Of a stretch of 64,000 bases of DNA, positions 18,780 through 27,329 are shown piece by piece (positions within the stretch are counted from its first letter, which is position 1; each line of letters begins with the position of its first letter). A program made the position numbers and the translations under genes. The notes beneath the pieces are model-generated. The model was not told the origin of the DNA and made no database searches. It was given only the letters and a program-made list of their open reading frames with translations. The stretch is from Candidatus Sumerlaeales bacterium. Its GTDB lineage: Bacteria > Sumerlaeota > Sumerlaeia > Sumerlaeales > Sumerlaeaceae. Location of the stretch: assembly GCA_038243585.1 (NCBI GenBank), contig JBBSQY010000009.1, forward strand, positions 1-64,000. Reading direction: 5' to 3'.

Positions 18780-20111
18780 ATGATCGCTACGCCTTCTACG
18801 TCTCAAACTAGTCCATCTACCAGCCGTGCAGCCTTTTTAAAAGGGCGTTATGATGAAATCCGCAGAGCGACCGCAAGGCTTTGCGTAGGCCTGGAGGCGG
18901 AAGACTATGTGATCCAGTCCATGCCGGACTGCAGCCCGGCCAAATGGCATCTTGCCCATACGACCTGGTTTTTCGAGACCTTTATCCTGAAGGAGGCTGA
19001 TCCGGGTTATCAGCCGTTTCACCCTCAGTTCGCCTACCTTTTTAATTCCTACTACGTGCAGGCCGGAGAGCGCTGGCAACGCAGTCAGCGCGGCTTATTG
19101 TCCAGGCCCACGGTGCGCGAGATTTACGAATACCGCGACCATGTGGACAGGGCTATGGAGGAGTTTTTTGAGAGTGGAATTTCCGCGCGTATGGAAGAGG
19201 ACAGTGCCCGGCTACTGACGCGGGTGGAGATCGGCCTTCAACATGAGCAGCAACACCAGGAACTGCTGGTGACGGATCTTAAGAATCTTTTTTCTCTTAA
19301 CCCGCTCAGACCTGCGCTGAAGATGGACATAACCGCTGCGCCGTCGCAGGGGGTTGCGGTATTGGGATGGGTCAAATTTGACGAAGCTGTGCGTAAAATC
19401 GGCTATGATGGAGATGGTTTCTTTTATGATAATGAAAAGCCGCTTCATCATGAGCTTGTTCCGGCGTTTGAACTCGCGACGCGCACTATAACCTGCGGCG
19501 AATACATGGAGTTTATGGAAGACGCGGGCTACAGCCGGCCTGAGCTTTGGCTGTCACTGGGATGGGCCGCCGTTGAGGAGAACGGCTGGACGGCTCCGCT
19601 ATACTGGGAACAGGAGCCTGATGGCGAACCGGGTCAGTGGCAAATGTTTACCGCCACTGGAATGCGGGCGGTGGACCCCAGCGAGCCGGTAACCCATATC
19701 AGCTTTTTTGAAGCAGACGCTTATGCCCGCTGGCGGGGGTGTGACCTGCCAACGGAGGCTATGTGGGAGAGTGCATGCCTGCAATCTGAAAATACACCAG
19801 AATCGGGGCATTTTGTGGAGGACGGCGACCTGCACCCTGTTGCCGCAGTTGCGACTGGGGGGCTGGATCAGATGTTTGGAAATGTGTGGGAGTGGACCGC
19901 GAGTCCCTACGTCGCCTATCCTGGACATAGAGCGCCTTCGGGAGCACTTGGAGAGTACAACGGCAAATTCATGTGCAACCAGATGGTTCTGCGGGGCGGA
20001 AGTTGTGTAACTCCACGTTCTCACATCCGTGCCACTTATCGCAACTTTTTCCCGCCGGAATCGCGCTGGCAATTCTCTGGCATCCGTCTGGCGAAGGTGA
20101 TATCATTATGA
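18780..20111 (+). CDS. egtB: Ergothioneine sulfoxide synthase
   Basis: QSMPDCSPAKWHLAHTTWFFE, FNSYY, RSQRG, HEQQHQE iron motif, FGE-sulfatase domain (GNVWEW, EYNGKFM, RGGS, YRNFF). Confidence 0.95.
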   Translation: MIATPSTSQTSPSTSRAAFLKGRYDEIRRATARLCVGLEAEDYVIQSMPDCSPAKWHLAHTTWFFETFILKEADPGYQPFHPQFAYLFNSYYVQAGERWQRSQRGLLSRPTVREIYEYRDHVDRAMEEFFESGISARMEEDSARLLTRVEIGLQHEQQHQELLVTDLKNLFSLNPLRPALKMDITAAPSQGVAVLGWVKFDEAVRKIGYDGDGFFYDNEKPLHHELVPAFELATRTITCGEYMEFMEDAGYSRPELWLSLGWAAVEENGWTAPLYWEQEPDGEPGQWQMFTATGMRAVDPSEPVTHISFFEADAYARWRGCDLPTEAMWESACLQSENTPESGHFVEDGDLHPVAAVATGGLDQMFGNVWEWTASPYVAYPGHRAPSGALGEYNGKFMCNQMVLRGGSCVTPRSHIRATYRNFFPPESRWQFSGIRLAKVISL

Positions 20112-21127
20112 CAACAGCTAACCTATCCCATACAACACCCATCTATCGCGGAGAAGCCGCTGGCAGACAGAATTTTAAAAATGCTCAGGACGCTCAAACT
20201 GTATCACAGAGCAAATTCCTGTCCGACGTTTTGACTGGGCTGGCCAGTTCGCCAAAAACGCTGCCATGTAAGTATTTGTATGATGCCCACGGGTCTAAAC
20301 TGTTTGATCAGATTTGCGAACTGCCGGAATACTATCCGACGCGTACGGAGATTGGTATTTTGCGCCGGCATCTGCCGGAGATGGCGGAGTTGCTGGGTCC
20401 CAAGGCGCAGGTGGTGGAATATGGCTCTGGCAGCGGGCTGAAAACGCGATTGCTTCTGGACGCACTTCACAGCCCGACCGGCTGTGCATTAATAGAAATT
20501 TCGTGCAGTCATTTGGAAAACTGTGCAAGAAAGATGCAGGGAGAATTTTCTCATCTTGAAATCAGCGCCGTATGCGCCGACTACACACGACCTGTAAAAT
20601 TGCCGGAAGCACCGGACGGAACGGCGCGAAAGATTGTCTTTTTTCCTGGATCAACTATTGGTAATTTTGACTCGGAGGATGCACAAAGTTTTTTGAAAGC
20701 GATGGCTGAAACTGTCGGCACGGGAGGCGGTCTGCTGATCGGCGTAGACCTGCGAAAAGATCGGGCGATCCTGGAGCCAGCGTATGATGACGCGGCGGGG
20801 GTCACGGCCGAATTTAACCTGAACCTGTTGCAGCGCATTAACCGGGAACTCGGCGCGAATTTTCCACTGAAAGATTTTGAGCATAAAGCGATTTATAACT
20901 CGAAGCTTGGCAGAGTGGAGATGCACCTTGTTTCGAAGTCTAACCAGGTTGTGCGAATCGCCGGAAAAGCGTTTGAGTTTAAAGTTGGAGAGACGATCCA
21001 CACGGAGAACTCTTATAAGTATACCATCGCTGGATTTAAGAGGATGGCTACATCGGCGGGCTGGAATGTCGAGCAGGTGTGGACGGATGACGATAACTTG
21101 TTCAGCGTGCAGTATCTGACGACGTAA
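20108..21127 (+). CDS. egtD: L-histidine N-alpha-methyltransferase
   Basis: PKTLPCKYLYD, PEYYPTRTE, EYGSGS, FFPGSTIGN, AYDD..GVTAEFN, IHTENSYKY; ATGA overlap with egtB. Confidence 0.95.
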   Translation: MTTANLSHTTPIYRGEAAGRQNFKNAQDAQTVSQSKFLSDVLTGLASSPKTLPCKYLYDAHGSKLFDQICELPEYYPTRTEIGILRRHLPEMAELLGPKAQVVEYGSGSGLKTRLLLDALHSPTGCALIEISCSHLENCARKMQGEFSHLEISAVCADYTRPVKLPEAPDGTARKIVFFPGSTIGNFDSEDAQSFLKAMAETVGTGGGLLIGVDLRKDRAILEPAYDDAAGVTAEFNLNLLQRINRELGANFPLKDFEHKAIYNSKLGRVEMHLVSKSNQVVRIAGKAFEFKVGETIHTENSYKYTIAGFKRMATSAGWNVEQVWTDDDNLFSVQYLTT

Positions 21128-21215
21128 TGCAAAAGCCAATGGGCTTTGCGGAAGTAGATATTTTTCAAATCTGACTCGAAAACTGGAGTTTCCAGCAGGG
21201 ATGTACCCGGCTCCA

Positions 21216-23438
21216 TTATGGTTTATAATTCACTAATTCCGCGCCCTTATGATAGTCGATAACCGCGGACATAGGAGCTATGTCTTCCCATGCATTATTG
21301 CCGAAATTTACGGTCACGGTAGCCTTGTCACCAAACGTTGATTTCTGGACAGTGCGATCTGGGCTCAGCCACTCAAAGCTGGTCATTCCTTCATAAAAGA
21401 TCTCTCTGTGAAAAGGACTGAAAACTTTGTAATAAGGCAGAAAGTCCTTAAGCCACTTAGTGAGTGTCTGACCGATAACGTGGTCCAGCGGAGGTACGCC
21501 GTATAATAATTCTGTCAGGCGAACCGTCTGCCAGTGATTGGAAAACTTCCGGGATGGAAACCCCCATTGATGGGTCGGGACCACACTGTCACCAAGGGCG
21601 ATGGAATAGAGGGGCAGACGAAATACCGGGTCAAAGTGAAATTTTACAAGTTCCTCTTTTAGCATGACCTGCTTGAAAAAGACTTCGGGCGCGTTTGGGG
21701 GCCAGTAGCGGCCGAGATAGTATGGGGACGACTTGTCGCGATACATCTGTTCGTCACCCCAGGCTATGCCGGGAGTCATCATTCCATGGGCAAATGCGAT
21801 AGCCTGGGTTGCACATGAGATACCGCCTTCTGAGCCGATAACCAGGCCATAGCTTTGTGCCGCCCATTGCATCCGTTCCAGTCTGGACGCCAGGTCACTT
21901 TGCTCTGTCTGGGGGTATTTGTCAGAATAGCTGTCGTAATACTGCCCGAATGCGTCGCAGTCGAAGAACCAGGAATTGAAAGGCACCTGCTTCATCAGGC
22001 TACCAATTCGTTTTTCGACATAAGGTCGGGCAGCGGCTGGGCTTAAGAGGCGGCCTTTCTGCTTAAATCCCGGCTTTGATTTACCATCCGGGTCGATAAT
22101 CGCGCCGGTGGCATACAGCTCCTCGCCGAATTGTGCGGTCTCCCAAGTCTCGGATTCTGTGGGTGAATGCATGCTGTGATAGGAATCATAAGGGCCGATA
22201 AGGTAGCCGTTCTTTTCCGCCTGTTGCACCGCCTCGGGGTGACCTAATCCGGTACGCCATGTATCCAGGCCGATCCATAGCCGGTCGATGCCTGCGCTCT
22301 TCAACTGATCCATAATTTTTATGGAAAGGCCACCTCCCCAGTCAGCGGGCGGCTTTAGAGTTTTTGGAAACATTTCCGTCAGCTTTTCAGAGCCAACCCG
22401 AAGCCTTTCCGGCTCAGTAGCGGTGGTGGCCAGTGTGTCCCCCCAGTCCCGGATCAGCCGATTCGCTTCAGTTATAAATGCCTGTTTTGCATAGACTCCC
22501 GGCCATTCCTCAGTCGCCAGGGCGCTCAATGCGTCTTTCTCTTCCGGGGTTGCCTTTTCAAAGAAGATGGACCCGGGTAAAATTTTGTTTTGGGACGCTT
22601 GCTTTAACGCGGCGGACAAGCCTTTCCAATCACTCACATCCTGCAGGTTAAGGGTCTCTTCTCCCCACACATAAATATGCGCGGCCCCCGCCAGCCTTTC
22701 AATATTGGGTATTTTATCCGCTTTTTCAGACAGGGGCAGCCACTCGTTCTCATTCATTATCCAGCGCCGGAAGGCCAGGGCCGGTGCTGTTGGATTGGGC
22801 GCTTCCAGGCTGACCGAAACCTGGTATGCGGAGCCGAGGGATGCCGTTGTGAACTGGTGCGTCGCGGCCATTGAGAGCGTTTGCAACGGACCAGTGGTGA
22901 AGGTGATATCGTTGTGAAATTGATTTTTAAATAGCCATGTGGCGGCGTGAGCTTCATTTAACAATCCAGCGAACGGCATGGAAAAACCTTCGGTCATCCG
23001 CATGGGCGACTGATGGATCAGGTGGGACTGCCAGTCCATATCGTTGACGGGTACGTACGCACCCATCCCCAGTGGCATCACAAATGCAGATTTTTCGTCA
23101 GGTGCATCAATAATGGGCCAGGTTATACTTTGGGGAGAAGAGGTCTGTACGACGAAGTGAAATCCCTCGGCATCGAGCGATGCGCGATAGTTTATCCTTC
23201 GGGCGGGGTCGGTCCATGAGAGAGAAGTTGTTGTCACCGCAGTCAGCGATACGGATGATTTTAATGATTGGGCGCGCGAGACGTATGTCGTGCCGCCCGT
23301 GGATTTCAGATCGACAGACAGAGTGGCTGGATCTACCTGCGCTTGGATATCCCCGTTGATGAGGCTTACCGGCGTGGCGGAGATTATCGTGGGTAATAGA
23401 ACGGCAGCCAGTGCCGCGAGTCGAAATGGTATCGCCAT
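21216..23438 (-). CDS. Secreted glycoside hydrolase, GH129/GH101-related
   Basis: Signal peptide from MAIPFRL (23438); YLIGPYDSYHS, FFDCDA, GSEGG, FAHG, RLPLY. Confidence 0.65.
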   Translation of the reverse strand: MAIPFRLAALAAVLLPTIISATPVSLINGDIQAQVDPATLSVDLKSTGGTTYVSRAQSLKSSVSLTAVTTTSLSWTDPARRINYRASLDAEGFHFVVQTSSPQSITWPIIDAPDEKSAFVMPLGMGAYVPVNDMDWQSHLIHQSPMRMTEGFSMPFAGLLNEAHAATWLFKNQFHNDITFTTGPLQTLSMAATHQFTTASLGSAYQVSVSLEAPNPTAPALAFRRWIMNENEWLPLSEKADKIPNIERLAGAAHIYVWGEETLNLQDVSDWKGLSAALKQASQNKILPGSIFFEKATPEEKDALSALATEEWPGVYAKQAFITEANRLIRDWGDTLATTATEPERLRVGSEKLTEMFPKTLKPPADWGGGLSIKIMDQLKSAGIDRLWIGLDTWRTGLGHPEAVQQAEKNGYLIGPYDSYHSMHSPTESETWETAQFGEELYATGAIIDPDGKSKPGFKQKGRLLSPAAARPYVEKRIGSLMKQVPFNSWFFDCDAFGQYYDSYSDKYPQTEQSDLASRLERMQWAAQSYGLVIGSEGGISCATQAIAFAHGMMTPGIAWGDEQMYRDKSSPYYLGRYWPPNAPEVFFKQVMLKEELVKFHFDPVFRLPLYSIALGDSVVPTHQWGFPSRKFSNHWQTVRLTELLYGVPPLDHVIGQTLTKWLKDFLPYYKVFSPFHREIFYEGMTSFEWLSPDRTVQKSTFGDKATVTVNFGNNAWEDIAPMSAVIDYHKGAELVNYKP

Positions 23439-23542
23439 ATTTTGCTTCCGATCGTCTCTTAAATACATTAAGCTCAGATGCGTTGAATCAGCAAATGTAT
23501 TCGCGTGGGGTCTCTGACACTTCTTTGTGAAGCGGTGATGCT

Positions 23543-23554
23543 GAACAGATGTAC
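23543..23554. promoter_or_regulatory. Candidate LexA (SOS) box upstream of uvrA
   Basis: GAAC-AGAT-GTAC, 12 nt before the uvrA ATG, abutting a TAGCCT -10-like hexamer. Confidence 0.45.
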
Positions 23555-23566
23555 TAGCCTGCACAT

Positions 23567-26407
23567 ATGCCTCCAAACGATTCCATCATTATAACCGGTG
23601 CGTCTGAACATAACCTGCGACACATCGATGTGACCATCCCCCGTGATAGTCTTACCGTTATCACCGGGCTGAGCGGCAGCGGCAAATCATCCCTGGCGTT
23701 TGATACAATCTACGCAGAGGGACAGCGCCGTTACATGGAATCGCTGTCGGCCTATGCGCGGCAGTATCTGGATCAGCTCCAGAAGCCAAAGGTGGATTTT
23801 GTGGACGGCCTGAGTCCTGCCATTTCCATTGAGCAGAAAACCGTGTCAAAGAATCCGAGATCGACGGTGGGCACGGTTACGGAGATATACGATTATCTGC
23901 GTGTGCTGTACGCCAATGTGGGGCGGCCGTTTTGTCCGGATTGCAATTTGCCGATCCGGAAGCAGTCGCCGACGCAGATCGCAGATGCAATCATGGAGTA
24001 TCCGGCGGGTACCAAGCTGATGATCCTGGCACCCGTGGTGCGCGGGCGCAAGGGCGAATACAAGCAACTTTTTGACGACGCGTTAAAGTCGGGATTTACG
24101 CGGGCGCGGGTGAACGGTGCCATCTATGAAATGGATGATTTGCCGGTGCTTCGAAAGACGCATAAGCATTCGATCAGTCTTGTGATTGACCGCCTGGTAA
24201 TGGGTGGCGAAGTGCGTAGTCGTCTGGATGCGGCGATACATCAGGCGCTCGTCCGCGCAAAGGGTTTGCTTGAAGTGCAAACGCCGGATGATGAGAATGT
24301 TCGGCTGTTTTCAGAGCACTACGGCTGTCCTCAGTGCGGGGCATCCATCGCGGAAATTACACCGCGACTCTTTTCGTTTAACTCGCCTTATGGGCAATGC
24401 AAAGAATGCCTGGGGCTTGGGTATTTCCCGGAGTTAGATCCCAATCGACTGATTGCCGACCCTGGCCTGTCCATTCGCGGTGGGGCGATGTCGGTGGATC
24501 GTAACCCGATGGCTATGCGCGGCGTCCGCTATGTGGATACGGATAGATCGTATCCGTTGCTGGCGCTGCAGGAGTTTTTCCAACTCGACCTGGATAAGCC
24601 GTTTGAGAAACTGAGTAGTCAGCATCAGAAACTCATCATGCACGGAAACAATAAAGATAAGATGATGTTGGACAGCGCCCTTACGGGGAAGCCAACGAGC
24701 AAGCGTATTGGCGTTCGTTGGGAGGGACTCATCCCGGAAGTGGAGCGCCGGATGGCCGCCGGGGATACGGAGGTTGACCATTTTTTTCGTGACAGTCCGT
24801 GTACCGCCTGCGGCGCGGCGCGGCTTAAGCCGGAAGCACTGTCGGTGCGGCTGGGCGATCTGAACATTGGTGAATTTTGCAAGATGTCCATCGAGCGTGC
24901 TTCTGAATTTATGGAAGCCTTGAAGCTGACTGATCGCGAGCAATTACTGGGCGAACAGATTCTGCGGGAGGTGCGAGAGCGCCTGCAGTTTTTGCGAAAT
25001 GTGGGGCTGCAATATCTGACGCTGGAGCGGCAGGCGGGTAGCCTGAGTGGGGGAGAGGCGCAGCGAATGCGCCTGGCCACGCAGATCGGATCGCAGCTTA
25101 CCGGCGTGCTTTATGTGCTGGATGAGCCGAGCATCGGTCTCCATCAGCGGGATAATGAGAAGCTGGTGGAAGCCCTTATTCGTTTGCGTGATCTGGGGAA
25201 TACGCTTATTGTGGTGGAGCACGACGAAAGCACCATGCGCGCGGCTGACTATATTATCGACATGGGCCCGGGGGCGGGCAGGCTTGGTGGCGAGGTTGTT
25301 TTTCAGGGCACAGCGGCGCAAATGCTGGCGGATGATCTTTCGGTGACGGGAGAATATCTGCGGGGGACGCGAAAGATTCCTGTGCCCAAGACGCGGCGAG
25401 AGATTAACCCCGATCGAGTATTGAAAATACGCGGGGCGAAGGAACATAACCTGCGCAACATTGATGTGGTTTTTCCGCTGGGTGTGTTCACCTGCGTGAC
25501 CGGGGTAAGCGGCAGCGGCAAAAGTACGGTCGTGGACGACATTCTGTACGCCGCGCTGACAAATCACGTGTATGGCAGCGGCCGGGCAGTGGGCAGCTAT
25601 GAGCGGATGGAGGGGCTGGATCAGGTGGACAAGGTGGTGGACGTGGATCAGTCTCCCATCGGACGCACCCCGCGCTCAAATCCCGCCACCTATACGCAGG
25701 TTTTTACCGCTATTCGAGACTTGTTTGCCCAGCTGCCGGAGAGCCAGATTCGCGGCTATCTGCCCGGCAGGTTCAGCTTCAACGTGAAGGGCGGACGCTG
25801 CGAGGAGTGTAAGGGGGACGGCATGAAGCGCATGGAGATGCACTTTTTGCCTGATACTTATGTGGAGTGTCAGGTCTGTCACGGACGGCGATTTAACCGT
25901 GAAACCCTGGAAGTGCGGTACAAAGAGAAATCCATTGCCGATGTGCTGGACATGACTATCGAAGACGCTTGTGAGTTTTTCAGCGCCCAGCCGGGCATCT
26001 GTCATAAAATGAAGACGCTGCATGACGTGGGCCTGGGTTATCTGACGCTGGGCCAGAGCGCGACTACGCTGAGCGGCGGCGAAGCGCAGCGGGTGAAGCT
26101 GGCCAAAGAGCTGAGCAAGCGAGCGACAGGGCGAACGGTTTACATCCTGGACGAGCCGACTACGGGACTGCATTTCGAGGACATTCGAAAACTACTGGAT
26201 GTGCTCCAGGCGCTGGTATCTCACGGCAACACGGTAATCGTCATCGAGCACAATCTGGACGTGATCAAGACTGCCGACTACCTGATTGACATGGGTCCGG
26301 AAGGTGGCGAACATGGCGGTCTGGTGGTTGCGACAGGTACGCCGGAGCAGGTGGCGAAAAACAAAAAAAGTGTGACCGGGCGGTTTATTAAGGGCGTATT
26401 GGGCTGA
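23567..26407 (+). CDS. uvrA: Excinuclease ABC subunit A
   Basis: Two ABC modules (GLSGSGKSS; GVSGSGKST; LSGGEAQR twice), zinc fingers, PIGRTPRSNP. Confidence 0.98.
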   Translation: MPPNDSIIITGASEHNLRHIDVTIPRDSLTVITGLSGSGKSSLAFDTIYAEGQRRYMESLSAYARQYLDQLQKPKVDFVDGLSPAISIEQKTVSKNPRSTVGTVTEIYDYLRVLYANVGRPFCPDCNLPIRKQSPTQIADAIMEYPAGTKLMILAPVVRGRKGEYKQLFDDALKSGFTRARVNGAIYEMDDLPVLRKTHKHSISLVIDRLVMGGEVRSRLDAAIHQALVRAKGLLEVQTPDDENVRLFSEHYGCPQCGASIAEITPRLFSFNSPYGQCKECLGLGYFPELDPNRLIADPGLSIRGGAMSVDRNPMAMRGVRYVDTDRSYPLLALQEFFQLDLDKPFEKLSSQHQKLIMHGNNKDKMMLDSALTGKPTSKRIGVRWEGLIPEVERRMAAGDTEVDHFFRDSPCTACGAARLKPEALSVRLGDLNIGEFCKMSIERASEFMEALKLTDREQLLGEQILREVRERLQFLRNVGLQYLTLERQAGSLSGGEAQRMRLATQIGSQLTGVLYVLDEPSIGLHQRDNEKLVEALIRLRDLGNTLIVVEHDESTMRAADYIIDMGPGAGRLGGEVVFQGTAAQMLADDLSVTGEYLRGTRKIPVPKTRREINPDRVLKIRGAKEHNLRNIDVVFPLGVFTCVTGVSGSGKSTVVDDILYAALTNHVYGSGRAVGSYERMEGLDQVDKVVDVDQSPIGRTPRSNPATYTQVFTAIRDLFAQLPESQIRGYLPGRFSFNVKGGRCEECKGDGMKRMEMHFLPDTYVECQVCHGRRFNRETLEVRYKEKSIADVLDMTIEDACEFFSAQPGICHKMKTLHDVGLGYLTLGQSATTLSGGEAQRVKLAKELSKRATGRTVYILDEPTTGLHFEDIRKLLDVLQALVSHGNTVIVIEHNLDVIKTADYLIDMGPEGGEHGGLVVATGTPEQVAKNKKSVTGRFIKGVLG

Positions 26408-26427
26408 AGGCGGGCGGAACCCTTAAA

Positions 26428-26549
26428 ATAGATTTCATGGACGTTAAAAAGTGTCTGACTGCTACTTAGCGTCAGAGACCGTCTAGTTTGTCTATAAAAT
26501 CCATCGGTTCTGTGGAGTCCGTGCAGTCCACCGGTGCCACAACGTCTAT
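26428..26549. repeat. 9-bp periodic inverted repeat overlapping the SRAP 3' end
   Basis: + strand atagatttc atggacgtt (26428-26445) faces eight - strand units atagacgtt...atggatttt atagacaaa ctagacggt (26478-26549). Confidence 0.6.
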
Positions 26550-27209
26550 CAGTGTTGCAGAGTCGTTCCGGACGCTGTTCACCATTGTTGATACCGGATG
26601 CATGGTAAGGGCGCCTACTGGTGCGGGTTTTAAAAAAATGCTTAATGTGTTCGCGTCTTCGTTGCGGGTATCCAGCCAGGTGGGAATCCGGTCAGCGGGA
26701 ATCATTACCGGCATGCGGTCGTGCATGGAAGAGAGCATTTTGTTGGCGGCGGTGGTCAGGATGGTGCAGCTTTCGATCTGTTCACCGTTGGGGCCGTCCC
26801 AAATTTCCCAGAGACCAGCGAGGGCCAACGGGTTGGCGTCGGCACTTTTGATAAGCCAAGGCTGCTTCTTGTTGTCGGCTACACGTCGCCATTCGTAAAA
26901 CCCGCTGGCTGGCACCACGCATCGCCGTCGGCGCAGGGCGTGGCGGAAAGATGGCTTTTCGGCGGCGGTTTCACATCGGGCGTTGATCATTTTGCTGCCG
27001 ATGGCCGGATCTTCCGCCCACGGCGGAATAAGGCCCCAAAGTACATGGGCAACTTCACGGCCTTCCGGAAAGCTTAGATTCTCCCGGACAATGAGCACTG
27101 GCTGGGTCGGCGCGATGTTGTATCGTCCGGCATATTGCGGCGGAATGGAGACATGAAAGAAATCTTCAATCTCTGGCCGGGTGTGATATAGGGTGTAGCG
27201 TCCGCACAT
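26472..27209 (-). CDS. SOS response-associated peptidase (SRAP/YedK/HMCES family, abasic-site protection)
   Basis: True start MCGRY; RYNIAPTQ, WGLIP, INARCET, GFYEW, HDRMP. Confidence 0.95.
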   Translation of the reverse strand: MCGRYTLYHTRPEIEDFFHVSIPPQYAGRYNIAPTQPVLIVRENLSFPEGREVAHVLWGLIPPWAEDPAIGSKMINARCETAAEKPSFRHALRRRRCVVPASGFYEWRRVADNKKQPWLIKSADANPLALAGLWEIWDGPNGEQIESCTILTTAANKMLSSMHDRMPVMIPADRIPTWLDTRNEDANTLSIFLKPAPVGALTMHPVSTMVNSVRNDSATLIDVVAPVDCTDSTEPMDFIDKLDGL

Positions 27210-27268
27210 GATTATTAGTACAATGGTTGTGGCCGAGGAATTTTGATTCATAGGTGTGACGGATAAGC

Positions 27269-27301
27269 AAAAGACCCCGCTGCCTGCTGCGGCAGCGGGG
27301 T
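27269..27301 (-). terminator. Intrinsic terminator of pnp
   Basis: accccgctgcc-tgctgc-ggcagcggggt with aaaa on the left. Confidence 0.75.
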
Positions 27302-27329
27302 GTATTAGTCATTTTTATTTGTTACTAAC

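Noticed and set aside
19973..20107. ORF-track upstream extension of egtD (similarly 21216-23576, 26472-27251, 30511-31218, 40183-42027, 47119-48000)
   Set aside because: Downstream ATGs fit SDs, gene overlaps, signal peptides or the SRAP N-terminal Cys better
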